A DNA stretch of 64,000 bases from Desulfobacterales bacterium (GTDB lineage Bacteria > Desulfobacterota > Desulfobacteria > Desulfobacterales > SpSt-501), in assembly GCA_041736435.1 (NCBI GenBank), contig JBGSTS010000020.1:119-64118 (forward strand). The letters run 5' to 3'. Every line of letters starts with the position of its first letter. Position 1 is the stretch's first letter. A program made the translations under genes and the position numbers. The notes under the pieces are model-generated. The model made no database searches. It saw nothing but the letters and a program-made list of their open reading frames with translations, and was not told where the DNA came from. This document shows positions 9,748 to 19,612 of the stretch, piece by piece.

Positions 9748-10245
9748 CGCTATCTCCTCTCCCTTGTTTGCGAAACGCGCAACTGCGTTTTGAATTCTCC
9801 ATCGGTCATAGGCTCAAGACTGCACGTTTCCAGTGTTGTTCCAAGAACAGTTCGATCAGTGGCCATTGAATCCTTTTTGAGGTTTACAGCACTACCATAA
9901 TGCACAAGATAAGGTTAAAAAGGCCGTTAGAACGCAAAACCTGACAAATGCAAGAAGGATACTCAATATAGCCTTTGTCATCATTTCAATCAAAGGCAAT
10001 AGATGCCCACACCACGCATAACCCAAATCGACAGGAGTCACCCAACGCGGGGGGGGGCTCGAGTTGATTCTCGGTCAGGATCTGGCCATCGGCTATGAAT
10101 CCCACTCCCAAAACAAGGCCAAGCTTTCCTTTAACAAGTCCTTCACGGTGCGGGTCCTGGAGCCGGCCGCAGTGAGCTCCTTCATCGCCGCGAATTAAGT
10201 CCCCGACGCGGGTGGCTGTGAGCAGTTCGGTGCAGGTACCCGCTC

Positions 10246-10653
10246 TCACCCCTTGAGCTTTTCGATCAACGCGCGGTAGATTATGGCAAGCCCCTCGGCG
10301 GGCCCGGCGATGGTTAGGGATTTCCAATTTTCTGCCATGGGGGACACGCCGACTCCCAGATTTTGGCAGAGCAGGTGGGCTTGGTGCCACGTCGGGAGCC
10401 AAACCAGCTTTTCCGTGATCGACTGGATGCTGCCGAAAATGTCGATGAATCGCGGCAGGCTCAGAATGAAGTAGACCCGGTTGGGAAAAGGCGAATCCGG
10501 TTGGATGTGGCTGTCGGGGTCCCAGACGAAACAGCCCACGTGGGGCCGCCAGGGCAGACCTCGGCGTTTCATTTCAAGGGCCAGGTGGCAGAGGGGTTCG
10601 TCGAAGGAGGTGGGTTCCAGGTCATTTTCCGGATCGAATCGAATCGGCATCAT
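10246..10653 (-). CDS. Hypothetical protein
   Basis: I take the start as MMPIRFDPEND... at 10653. AAAGGAGGG lies roughly 50 nt upstream of it. The longer ORF-track start at 10890 overlaps the neighbouring gene. I recognise no family. Confidence 0.5.
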   Translation of the reverse strand: MMPIRFDPENDLEPTSFDEPLCHLALEMKRRGLPWRPHVGCFVWDPDSHIQPDSPFPNRVYFILSLPRFIDIFGSIQSITEKLVWLPTWHQAHLLCQNLGVGVSPMAENWKSLTIAGPAEGLAIIYRALIEKLKG

Positions 10654-10747
10654 CTGTTTTTTCCCTTGGCTCGGTTCATTTGAGAAAGTCGACTTCAAAA
10701 CCCCCTTGCCCTCCTTTGTAATAAAAAAGTTGCGGGAATCTAAGCAC

Positions 10748-10782
10748 ATAAAGGCAACGGGAGAATCCCCCGTTGCCTTTAT
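10748..10782 (-). terminator. Perfect 14-bp stem hairpin between two co-oriented hypothetical genes
   Basis: ATAAAGGCAACGGG-agaatcc-CCCGTTGCCTTTAT. It has no immediately adjacent T-run, so it could be an attenuator or mRNA-stability element rather than a full terminator. Confidence 0.5.
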
Positions 10783-10804
10783 GGGTAAACTCGCCGGCGG
10801 GCGA

Positions 10805-11116
10805 TCAGCCGGGGATGGACACCGGTGAGTATTTGCCAATGTATTCCATGGTCTCTTCGTATTTGCCGCGCATGTCGACGGTGCCCCCATCGATGCTCTT
10901 CTTCTGAGGGGTCCACTCCGTCGGGCACTCGTTTTTCAACTGCTCGATGCGCTCGGACATGTCGGCCAGCAGCAGATTCAAATCTTGAATGTTGGGCAGA
11001 ACCTTTTCGAGCTCCTTGGACCCGAGCTTTTCCACCTTGCGGGAGAGATCGTACATCTTGGCCTTCCAAGCGATCAACTCCATCTCCATGCCTTTGCAGT
11101 AATCGACAACGTTCAT
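10805..11116 (-). CDS. Hypothetical coiled-coil-like protein
   Basis: 103 aa starting MNVVDYCKGMEMELIAWKAKMYDLSRKVEKLGS.... GGAGAGG lies upstream of the ATG. I recognise no family. Confidence 0.55.
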   Translation of the reverse strand: MNVVDYCKGMEMELIAWKAKMYDLSRKVEKLGSKELEKVLPNIQDLNLLLADMSERIEQLKNECPTEWTPQKKSIDGGTVDMRGKYEETMEYIGKYSPVSIPG

Positions 11117-11341
11117 GTTTCCTCTCCTTTACATGCGTTAAGGGTTGCCATCATTTAGTCGGTCTTTGATAAATACAATGCGCAGTTCACAGCTGTCAAG
11201 CAGGCTTGCCCGGCAGAACCGGGGCGCAAAAAAAACCACAATATAATGTAGGATTCCCCCTCTTGACACCCAACATTTTTTGGGAGATGATTTTAACTCG
11301 GAAACGAATCCTACCGTAACTTCCACCACTAGGAGCGCATC

Positions 11342-12424
11342 ATGGAAAAAATAGCGGAGACCACCCGGCAAACCTACGAGGGATGGGATGAGTTTTTCGC
11401 CAAGCCGGTGGACGAGAAGCTCGACTTCTTCAAAACCAACGGCCGCATCTTCGATGTCATTTATGCCCAGCAATTCGACCGGCAATTCCTGGATGAGCTT
11501 TGCGACCTTGCCGAAAAGATCCGGCTTCTCGCCAAGACCAAGATGGGAGCCCGAAAGCTGAGCGGCCTTCTACCCCACAAGCGGGCCATGCTCTATTTCG
11601 TGCAGCCATCTACCCGGACCTTTCTCTCCTTTCAGAACGCCTGCTTTCTTTTAGGGCTCAATGTTTCCGAGAGCCGCGGCACGAGCACCAGCTCCGAAGT
11701 GAAGGGGGAATCGCCCGAGGACACCATTCGCACCTTTGCCAGCTACGTGGACCTGATCATATCGCGCCACCCTGAGGCCGGGTTTGCCGAGAAGACTGCC
11801 TGGGTGCTGAATCAGAACGAACGGCCGGTCCCGGTTCTGAACGGGGGCTCTGGCCCCGACCAGCACCCGACCCAGGCGCTGCTCGACATCTACACGCTCA
11901 AGCGCGAGTTCGCCAGCATCGGCGGCATCGACGGCAAGAAGATCGCCATGGTCGGGGACCTCAAGCGCGGCCGGACGGTGCGCTCCCTCTCCTACCTGCT
12001 CAAAAACTACAAGGACGTCACCCTCTACTACGTGGCGCCCGAAGTGTTTCGGATGAAGGACGACATCAAAACCTTTTTGAAACGACACGGCATACCATTT
12101 TACGAGACCGATGACTTCGAGAGCGTTCTGCCCAAGGTCGATGCCATCTACATGACCCGCATCCAGAACGAATACGCCGCCGACCCCACCCGCGAAACCG
12201 AAACATTTCCAGCCTTCCACTTCAAGAAAGAGCATCTGCCCAAAATCCACGCCCACTGCGCCATCATGCATCCCTTGCCGCGGCGCCACGAGATCGAGGT
12301 GGCGGTGGACAAGGACCCGCGTGCCGCCTACTGGCGCCAGGAGCGCAATGGGATGTGGATCCGAGCCGCCCTCATCGCCCATGTCTTCCGGGTGGAACAG
12401 GAGATTTTTTCCGAGTTTGCCTGA
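11342..12424 (+). CDS. Aspartate carbamoyltransferase-like protein (ATCase/OTCase superfamily) with a ~50-aa N-terminal extension
   Basis: It has STRT (here STRTF), SRHP, DQHPTQALLD, GDLKRGRTVRS, MTRIQNE and HPLPR. HPLPR favours ATCase over OTCase, which has HCLP. Confidence 0.75.
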   Translation: MEKIAETTRQTYEGWDEFFAKPVDEKLDFFKTNGRIFDVIYAQQFDRQFLDELCDLAEKIRLLAKTKMGARKLSGLLPHKRAMLYFVQPSTRTFLSFQNACFLLGLNVSESRGTSTSSEVKGESPEDTIRTFASYVDLIISRHPEAGFAEKTAWVLNQNERPVPVLNGGSGPDQHPTQALLDIYTLKREFASIGGIDGKKIAMVGDLKRGRTVRSLSYLLKNYKDVTLYYVAPEVFRMKDDIKTFLKRHGIPFYETDDFESVLPKVDAIYMTRIQNEYAADPTRETETFPAFHFKKEHLPKIHAHCAIMHPLPRRHEIEVAVDKDPRAAYWRQERNGMWIRAALIAHVFRVEQEIFSEFA

Positions 12425-12623
12425 AAAGCACCCCGGCCGGGGCGGAGAACCTGGTCAGACGGGTCGCCGTGGCTATGATCGATCCCGGTCCACGAGCGCG
12501 GCTTGCCTTTCATTTATTGGGATGGCGCCGTATGATCGGCCTCGCGGCAGAGGATGAAGCGGCGAGAGACCCGAAGGCCTACCAACCGTAATACCGAGAG
12601 AGACAGCACAGGAGTCAAGGATC

Positions 12624-13520
12624 GTGACGAACGCCTGCGTCGAAACCCATGTGTTGGAAGAATTGCTCAAACTGCTCAAGCTGGAGCCGATCGAGGTGAA
12701 CATTTTCCGCGGCCAGAGCCAGGACCTGGGCTTCGGCAACCTTTATGGCGGTCAGGTTCTGGGGCAGGCGCTGTCGGCCGCCTATCAGACCGTGCCCCCG
12801 GCGCGTCGGGCCCACAGCCTGCATGCGTATTTTCTGAGACCCGGGGATGTCAAAAAGCCGATCATCTATAATGTCGACTGCATCCGCGACGGGAAAAGCT
12901 TCACCACCCGACGGGTGGTGGCGGTCCAGAGCGGGCGTGCAATTTTCAACTTGGCCGCCTCCTTCCAGATCGACGAACCGGGCTTCGACCACCAGGATCC
13001 GGCGCCGGCCGTGCCGGGGCCCGAGGGTCTCGCGTCAGAATTCGAACTGGTGAACAGCATCGCCGAACAGATCCCCTCCCCCATCCGGGAAAAGCTCCTC
13101 TGCCGGCGGCCCATCGAAGTCCGTCCGGTCAACCCCATGAACCCGTTTGCCCCTGAAAAACGCGAACCACTGAGGTTCAACTGGATCAAAGCCATCGACC
13201 GGATGCCCGATGATCCCGCCATCCACCAATACCTGCTGGCCTATGCCTCGGACTACGGCCTGGTGGGCACCTCCCTCTACCCCCACGGGCAGAGCTTCTG
13301 GCAGCCGGCCATGCAGATGGCCAGCCTGGATCATGTCATGTGGTTTCACCGGCCGTTTCGCATGGACGAGTGGCTCCTGTATGTGATGCAGAGCCCCAAC
13401 GCCTGCAAAGCACGGGGATTGGCGCTCGGAAGAATCTACGACCGCCGGGGAGGTCTCGTGGCCACCGTGGGCCAGGAGGGGTTGATCCGCTTCCATGCCA
13501 AAGAGGGTGCAGAGGGGTGA
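12624..13520 (+). CDS. tesB: Acyl-CoA thioesterase II
   Basis: ...LEPIEVNIFRGQSQDLGFGNLYGGQVLGQAL...HSLHAYFLRPGDVKKPIIYNVDCIRDGKSFTTRRV... is collinear with E. coli TesB as I remember it. Confidence 0.9.
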   Translation: MTNACVETHVLEELLKLLKLEPIEVNIFRGQSQDLGFGNLYGGQVLGQALSAAYQTVPPARRAHSLHAYFLRPGDVKKPIIYNVDCIRDGKSFTTRRVVAVQSGRAIFNLAASFQIDEPGFDHQDPAPAVPGPEGLASEFELVNSIAEQIPSPIREKLLCRRPIEVRPVNPMNPFAPEKREPLRFNWIKAIDRMPDDPAIHQYLLAYASDYGLVGTSLYPHGQSFWQPAMQMASLDHVMWFHRPFRMDEWLLYVMQSPNACKARGLALGRIYDRRGGLVATVGQEGLIRFHAKEGAEG

Positions 13521-13524
13521 GGCT

Positions 13525-15027
13525 TCAGGTCTCCCTGGGGAGGACTTTTGTTTTTTGACGCAGGCCGGAGATGATGGACCAGGCGAAAATGGCGGCGGTG
13601 ATGCTCAAGCAGACCAGGCTGATCGGCCGCGTGAAGAAAACAGTGAAACTCCCGCGTGAGAACATCAGGGAGGATTTGAAATAATACTCCACGAGGGGGC
13701 CCAAAACGAAGGCCAGGACCAGAGGCGGGGAGTCAAATTTAAGCTTTTTCATGATGTAGCCAACCACTCCGAACAACAACATGAAAAAAACGTCTGCCAT
13801 GCTGTTGGCCACGGAATAGGACCCGAGGATGCAAAAGATGATGATCAACGGCATCATATACGGGTAAGGAATCCGCAAGAGCTGCACCCACAGGCCGATC
13901 AGCGGCAGGTTGAGAACCAGCAGCATGATATTGCCCAGATACATGCTGGCGATGACACCCCAGAAGATGTCCGGGTGTTGGGTCATCAACAGCGGCCCGG
14001 GCGTGACCCCGTGAAGAATGAGCGCACCCAGCAGGAGCGCCATGACGACGTTTGCCGGCAGCCCCAGCGTCAGTAGCGGGATGAAGGCGGCCTGAGCCGC
14101 GGAGTTGTTGGCCGCCTCCGGTGAGGCCACCCCCTCGATGATTCCCGTGCCGAATTTTTCCGGGTACTTGGAAACGCGTTTTTCCACGGCGTAGGCCACA
14201 AACGATGCCAGCACGGCCCCGCCTCCGGGCAAAATCCCCAGCCAGAAGCCGATCACGGTCCCGCGCAGCAAGGCCCACCTGGCTTGGACCCAGTCGGCCA
14301 GCGTCGGGAGCAGGCCTTTGACCTTGGTCTTGAAGATTTCGCGCTCCGTTCCCTGTTCGAGGTTGACCAGTATCTCCGATATACCGAACAGTCCCATGAC
14401 GAGGGGAACCAGCCCGATACCGTCCAGCAGCTCGGTGAACCCGAAGGTAAACCGTGCAGACCCCGACACGGTATCGATTCCCACCGTGCCCAGAATGACC
14501 CCGAAGCAGGCCATCATCAGGGCTCGGATCATGGAGGTGGAGGTCAGGAAACTGAGGACCACGAGACCCATGCACATAAGCGAAAAATACTCCGGCGGCC
14601 CGAACCTCAAGGCGAATTTTGCCAGCGGCGGCGCCACAAGGGTCAACCCGATCAATCCCAGCGTGCCGGCAATGAACGAGCCGAACGCGCAGATCCCCAG
14701 GGCGCGTCCGGCCTTGCCTTGGCGGGCCATCTGGTAGCCGTCCAGGCAGGTCATGACCGAAGCGGCCTCCCCGGGGATGTTCACCAGGATCGAGGTGGTC
14801 GACCCCCCGTACATGGCTCCATAATAAATACCGGCGAGCATGATGATCGCTGTCACCGGGGGGGCGTGAAACGTGGCCGGCAGCAAGAGCGACATGGCCG
14901 CCGTCGGCCCCAGCCCGGGCAGAACTCCGACCAGAGTGCCGATCAGGCAGCCTAAAAGACAGTAAAAGATATTGGTGGGCTGGAGCGCAACTGCGAAACC
15001 CTGCATCAATTCATAAAATATGTCCAT
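13525..15027 (-). CDS. tctA: Tripartite tricarboxylate transporter, large permease
   Basis: The start is taken at [15 protein letters not shown] (15027). It is a polytopic TctA-type protein. The ORF-track start at 15141 would overlap tctB heavily. Confidence 0.9.
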   Translation of the reverse strand: MDIFYELMQGFAVALQPTNIFYCLLGCLIGTLVGVLPGLGPTAAMSLLLPATFHAPPVTAIIMLAGIYYGAMYGGSTTSILVNIPGEAASVMTCLDGYQMARQGKAGRALGICAFGSFIAGTLGLIGLTLVAPPLAKFALRFGPPEYFSLMCMGLVVLSFLTSTSMIRALMMACFGVILGTVGIDTVSGSARFTFGFTELLDGIGLVPLVMGLFGISEILVNLEQGTEREIFKTKVKGLLPTLADWVQARWALLRGTVIGFWLGILPGGGAVLASFVAYAVEKRVSKYPEKFGTGIIEGVASPEAANNSAAQAAFIPLLTLGLPANVVMALLLGALILHGVTPGPLLMTQHPDIFWGVIASMYLGNIMLLVLNLPLIGLWVQLLRIPYPYMMPLIIIFCILGSYSVANSMADVFFMLLFGVVGYIMKKLKFDSPPLVLAFVLGPLVEYYFKSSLMFSRGSFTVFFTRPISLVCLSITAAIFAWSIISGLRQKTKVLPRET

Positions 15028-15473
15028 ATCCGCCCCTGCGGCAGTCGCACTCCCAGAAGGACCACGAAGAGAATGTGGGTAAACGCCAGGGTCAGCGCCG
15101 AGGCGACAACCACCCGGCGCCAGCCCAGCGGCTCCACGCATCGAAACAGAAAAAGCAGGAGCAAAAAAGTGGCGGGAATGAATCCAATCACATTCCAGAG
15201 CAGCACGCCAACGAACAGGAACAGCATTGCAATGAATATTTTGAGCAGGTCGGCGCCTCGAAACCCCTTGCCATCGCCCTTTTCCGGGCCCGTCAGTAAC
15301 GCTTTAACGAGTGCAATGAGGCTCAAAGCCCCCAGGGTTGTAGCAGCCAGAAACGGCACGAAGCCCGGGCCCGGGCGGACAAACCCTCCGAAACCCAGGC
15401 GCCACGATTCCATTCCAACAGCGCAGGCGAACAGAATCCAGGCCGCATAGGCGATGGTGTAAGTTTTTCTCAT
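15006..15473 (-). CDS. tctB: Tripartite tricarboxylate transporter, small subunit
   Basis: 155-aa four-helix membrane protein lying between tctC and tctA. Confidence 0.8.
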   Translation of the reverse strand: MRKTYTIAYAAWILFACAVGMESWRLGFGGFVRPGPGFVPFLAATTLGALSLIALVKALLTGPEKGDGKGFRGADLLKIFIAMLFLFVGVLLWNVIGFIPATFLLLLFLFRCVEPLGWRRVVVASALTLAFTHILFVVLLGVRLPQGRIWTYFMN

Positions 15474-16442
15474 TTACTTCTTTATGAAATTTTGAACCTG
15501 GACACCTGCTTCCTTGTAGGCATCGGCCCAGAATTTAGCAAAGTCCGCCGTGTTCTGGTACATGACCGGCATTTCATAGCGGCCCATGGCGTTCAGGAAC
15601 CCGGCGTCGCTCAACGCTTTGTGGAAGGCATCGTGCAGGATTTTGACACGGTCGGCCGGCAAACCCTTCGGCCCCACGATGCCGATGGGTGAGTTGTGAA
15701 CTACTTTGAAGCCGGATTCCTTGACCGTCGGGATATCCGGGTATTTCTTCACGCGAGTCTCGCCGTAGGTAGCAATGAGTTTCAGCTGGCCGGCATCCAC
15801 GAGCGGGATCCAGCCCGAGGTGGTCGAGATGAAGTCCACATGCCCGCCTAACAGCCCGGCCGAGGATTCCTGGTCGCCTTTTGAAGGCAGGTGATTAAAT
15901 TTCAGCCCGGCGTTGAAAGCCATCTCCTCAGCGGCAATGTGGCCGCCCGTCCCGATGCCGGAGGCCATATATGCCAGCTCACCGGGTTTGACCTTGGCTT
16001 GATCGACCAGTTCTTGCAGGGTTTTGATCTTGGAGTCGGGGCGGACCAGAATCCCGTAAAGGTAGCCGCCGACCCGAATGATGGGGGTAAGATCATTTAC
16101 CGTGTCAAAGGAGAGCTTGTTGATGTGAGCGGCGCGGTGCAGGCTCGTGACGACCACCGACAGCAGGTACCCGTCGGGATCCTTGCCGACGATGGAGCCC
16201 GTCCCAACGGCCCCGCCGCCACCTCCTTTATTTTCGACCAAAACGGGCTGGCCGAGGATTTTGCCGGCGGCCTCCGCCAGCGGTCTGATGACCACGTCGG
16301 TAGACCCCCCGGCGGGATAGGGAACGATCAGGGTGATGGACTTGGATGGGAAGCCGGCGGCAGAAACCCAGTTTACTGAAACTCCGACAAACACCAGGAT
16401 CAGGATTACCATAAGACATCGACACGACTTCATAACAAGCAC
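15474..16442 (-). CDS. tctC: Bug/TctC-family periplasmic substrate-binding protein
   Basis: It has a signal peptide, then ...PSKSITLIVPYPAGGSTDVV..., the typical Bug-family opening. Confidence 0.9.
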   Translation of the reverse strand: MLVMKSCRCLMVILILVFVGVSVNWVSAAGFPSKSITLIVPYPAGGSTDVVIRPLAEAAGKILGQPVLVENKGGGGGAVGTGSIVGKDPDGYLLSVVVTSLHRAAHINKLSFDTVNDLTPIIRVGGYLYGILVRPDSKIKTLQELVDQAKVKPGELAYMASGIGTGGHIAAEEMAFNAGLKFNHLPSKGDQESSAGLLGGHVDFISTTSGWIPLVDAGQLKLIATYGETRVKKYPDIPTVKESGFKVVHNSPIGIVGPKGLPADRVKILHDAFHKALSDAGFLNAMGRYEMPVMYQNTADFAKFWADAYKEAGVQVQNFIKK

Positions 16443-16701
16443 CTCCTTGGAAGTTTTTTTGCTCAGTAAGCGATATTGTTTTTATTGTCAAGGCAAGCGC
16501 TTGAACGGTGCTCACCCGGTTGAGAAATGTCAGCTGAGGCTGGTGGATCATGTTTTTCGGTCTGCGGCCCTAAACGGCATGCAGCATCGAGCGCCTCTCC
16601 CCAGGTACTATTCATGTGTTCAGTTGCCGGGCCATTGGTGGTATGAAGAACAAAAAAGGTGGTTCTATAGAAACGTTGCCGAGAGTCGTTTTTCCGGAGT
16701 T

Positions 16702-18147
16702 ATGTGCCCTAACCCAAACTATTTCAGATCAGCAGCGGCCAAGGAGGAGAGCTTGGATTTTAAGCCAGTGTCCGATTCACATCTTAAAGAACTTGCCGCA
16801 TTGGTGGCGGCAGACAGGTTTTCAACCGGAGAGTCGATCCGCGATTTGCATGCCAGAGATCAGTCCTCCCACGCGGCGTGCCGGCCCGAAGCCGTGATTT
16901 GGCCTCAGACGGCGGAAGAAGTGGCGGCGATTCTCAAGTATGCCGGAGTGCACCGCATTCCCATCACCGGCTGGGGGGCCGGTTCAAGCCTCGAAGGCAA
17001 CCCCATCCCGGTCTGCCGCGGGATCGTGCTCGACTTCGGCCGCATGAACCGGATCCTGACCCTCCGTGAAGAGGATTTTCAGGCGGACGTGGAGCCGGGG
17101 GTTGTTTACCAGGACCTGAACGAAAAGCTCAGGCACACCGGGCTCTTCTTCCCGCCGGACCCGGGCGCCCGGGCCACGTTGGGCGGAATGATCGCCAACA
17201 ACGCCAGCGGCACCCGCACGGTGCTCTACGGGTCCACCCGGGATTATGTCATGCGCCTGGTGGTGGCCCTGGCGAGCGGCGAGCTGATCGAACTGGGCAC
17301 CCGGGCCAGTAAAAGTTCCTCGGGCTACAGCCTGATCAATCTGTTCATCGGCTCCGAGGGCACCCTCGGCATCGTGGTCGAGGCGACCCTTCGGTTGGTG
17401 GGGTTTCCCGTGGAGTATTCCGCCGCCGTGGCAACCTTCCCATCCGTGGAGGCGGCGGCTCACACGGTTTACGACCTTAAGCGCTCGGGGCTCAACCCGG
17501 CAGCCCTCGAGCTGCTGGGGCCGGAGTGCATCGCCCTCATGAATCAGGAGCAGCAGCTCGGGCTCGACGTGGCGCCGACCCTTTTCATCGAATTCCATGG
17601 GACGACGACCAGCCAGCTGGCCGAGGTGCTGGATGCCGCCAAGGAGATTTGCGATGCCGGGGGCTGCGTGGAGTTTCGGCCGGGGCTCGGCCGCGCCGAG
17701 CGCGACCGGATTTTCAAAGCGCGCCACGCACTGGGCGAAATGATCCAGCACAACCACCCCGAGCACCGGATCCTGATCATGGACGTGGCCGTGCCCATCA
17801 CCGCCTATGCAGAGCTTTTGGCGTCTATGCGGGCCGAGGTCGAACCTCACGGGCTCATCCACTACACGCTCAGCCACGCCGGCAACGGAAACGTACATTT
17901 GAACATCGCCGGCCGCAAAGACGACCCCGAGGAGTGGGCCCTGGTGCAGCAGGTCTCCGCGCGGTTGGTGCTGAAGGCGATTTCCCTTGGCGGCACCGCC
18001 ACCGGCGAACACGGCGTGGGCCTGGGCAAGCGCAGCTACATGGTCAATCAGCACGGGGCGAGTCTGGCGTGGATGCGGCGCGTTAAAGAGCTCTTCGACC
18101 CGAACGGAATTCTCAACCCGGGAAAAATCTTCCCCGACGGAGAATGA
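16702..18147 (+). CDS. FAD-linked oxidase (GlcD-like)
   Basis: ...GWGAGSSLEGN...GGMIANNASGTRT...GGTATGEHGVGLGKR.... The start is uncertain. Options are the ATG at 16702 or an in-frame TTG at 16753 preceded by AAGGAGGAG. The ORF-track start at 16333 overlaps tctC and is unlikely. Confidence 0.85.
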   Translation: MCPNPNYFRSAAAKEESLDFKPVSDSHLKELAALVAADRFSTGESIRDLHARDQSSHAACRPEAVIWPQTAEEVAAILKYAGVHRIPITGWGAGSSLEGNPIPVCRGIVLDFGRMNRILTLREEDFQADVEPGVVYQDLNEKLRHTGLFFPPDPGARATLGGMIANNASGTRTVLYGSTRDYVMRLVVALASGELIELGTRASKSSSGYSLINLFIGSEGTLGIVVEATLRLVGFPVEYSAAVATFPSVEAAAHTVYDLKRSGLNPAALELLGPECIALMNQEQQLGLDVAPTLFIEFHGTTTSQLAEVLDAAKEICDAGGCVEFRPGLGRAERDRIFKARHALGEMIQHNHPEHRILIMDVAVPITAYAELLASMRAEVEPHGLIHYTLSHAGNGNVHLNIAGRKDDPEEWALVQQVSARLVLKAISLGGTATGEHGVGLGKRSYMVNQHGASLAWMRRVKELFDPNGILNPGKIFPDGE

Positions 18148-18151
18148 TCTT

Positions 18152-19483
18152 ATGACGCACGCCCTGCTTCGAAATCTCACGGCATCCAACCCCCGCATGG
18201 TTCGGGGCGAAGGCATCTATCTATTCGACGCCGAGGGCCGGCGCTACATCGACGGCGCCAGCGGCTCATCCCTGGTGTGCAACATCGGCCACGGGGTCAA
18301 AGAGATCGCTGCGGTCATCTCCTCCCAGGCCGCCGAGCTCGCCTGCAACCCGTTCCACTGCTCCCACACAAAGGTCTACGAAGAGATGGCCGAACGACTG
18401 ATCCGCCTGGCCCCGAAAGGCTTTGCCAAGGTCTTCGGCGTCAGCTCCGGGTCGGAGGCCGTCGAAAACGCCGTCAAGTTCGGCCGCCAGTACCACGTCG
18501 CCCGCGGCCTTCCCTCGAAGCAGCTCGTGATCAGCCGCTGGCAGTCCTACCATGGTAACACCTTGGGAGCGCTTGCCTGCTCAGGCTACACCAGCCGCCG
18601 CCGCAAGCATGCACCGCTTTTGAAGGATGCGGTGCACATCCCACCGGCCTTCTGCTATCGCTGCACTTTCGAAAAGACGTATCCTGCCTGCGAGTTGAAG
18701 TGCGCGCGCGCCCTGGAAAGCGCCATCCTGCAGGAGGGACCGGAAAACGTGTCGGCCTTCATCGCCGAGCCGGTGGTCGGCGCGGCCCTGGGCGGAGCGC
18801 CGGCGCCGCCGGGTTATTTCGAGAGGGTCCGGGAGATCTGCTCCAGGCACGATGTCCTTTTCATCGCGGACGAAGTCATGTGCGGGCTGGGGCGCACCGG
18901 TGCCAACTTTGCAATCGACCACTGGTCGGTCGTGCCCGACCTGATCGCCACCGGCAAGGGCATGGGCAGCGGCTACTATCCCATGGGGGCCTGCCTGGTA
19001 TCGGAAAAGATAGCGGCTGCCATGCAGGCGCACGGCGCCGTCTTCGAAGGCGTGCACACCTGCTGTGGGCACCTGCTGGGAAGCCGCGTGGCGGCGGCGG
19101 TTCTGGACTATGTGAACCGCAAGGAGCTGATCATGAATTCAAAGCAACAGGGAGCGCTCCTGCTCCAGGGCTTGAGCGCGATTAAGGGCCGCCGGCCCTC
19201 GGTCGGGGACGTGAGGGGCCTGGGGTTGATGTGCGGCGTCGAGTTCGTCAAGGACAAAGGCACCCACGAGCCGTTCCCGGCCGGGATGAGGGTGGCCGAG
19301 CGGGTCATGGACGCCTGCCTGGAGCGAGGGCTGATCGTTTTTCCAGGCCACGGGAGCGTCGACGGTGTGGCCGGCGACCACCTTCTTCTCGGCCCGCCCC
19401 TGGTGATTCATGCGAGTCAGATACAGGAGATGATCTCGATCCTGGAGGATGGAATCGCAGCAGTGGAACGGGAAATCCTATAA
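18152..19483 (+). CDS. Class-III (omega-type) aminotransferase
   Basis: MTHALLRNLTASNPRMVRGEGIYLFDAEGRRYIDGASG...SGSEAVENAVK...DEVMCGLGRTG...ATGKGMGSGYYPMGA. The ATG is 5 nt after the oxidase stop. Confidence 0.9.
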   Translation: MTHALLRNLTASNPRMVRGEGIYLFDAEGRRYIDGASGSSLVCNIGHGVKEIAAVISSQAAELACNPFHCSHTKVYEEMAERLIRLAPKGFAKVFGVSSGSEAVENAVKFGRQYHVARGLPSKQLVISRWQSYHGNTLGALACSGYTSRRRKHAPLLKDAVHIPPAFCYRCTFEKTYPACELKCARALESAILQEGPENVSAFIAEPVVGAALGGAPAPPGYFERVREICSRHDVLFIADEVMCGLGRTGANFAIDHWSVVPDLIATGKGMGSGYYPMGACLVSEKIAAAMQAHGAVFEGVHTCCGHLLGSRVAAAVLDYVNRKELIMNSKQQGALLLQGLSAIKGRRPSVGDVRGLGLMCGVEFVKDKGTHEPFPAGMRVAERVMDACLERGLIVFPGHGSVDGVAGDHLLLGPPLVIHASQIQEMISILEDGIAAVEREIL

Positions 19484-19612
19484 GGTTGAAAACGGCGCCT
19501 CAGGTATTGGCCGGGCTGCGGGCGTGATCGTTGAAAAGGCCCGAAAGAGAATTATGTTTCAGCCCTAACAGATTGATCCTGCCTGACAATCTCCTCATCA
19601 AAGGGAGCCGCC

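Noticed and set aside
9986-10402. A 138-aa minus-strand ORF spanning the region downstream of gene 10246..10653.
   Set aside because: It overlaps the better-supported gene 10246..10653 in another frame. Its non-overlapping part is opposite a plus-strand frame with stronger GC3 bias. I recognise no motifs in it.
16333-16701. A long N-terminal extension of the GlcD-like oxidase ORF, from the ORF-track start at 16333.
   Set aside because: It would overlap the tctC start on the opposite strand. It translates to non-homologous sequence. Good start sites with RBS exist at 16702 and 16753.
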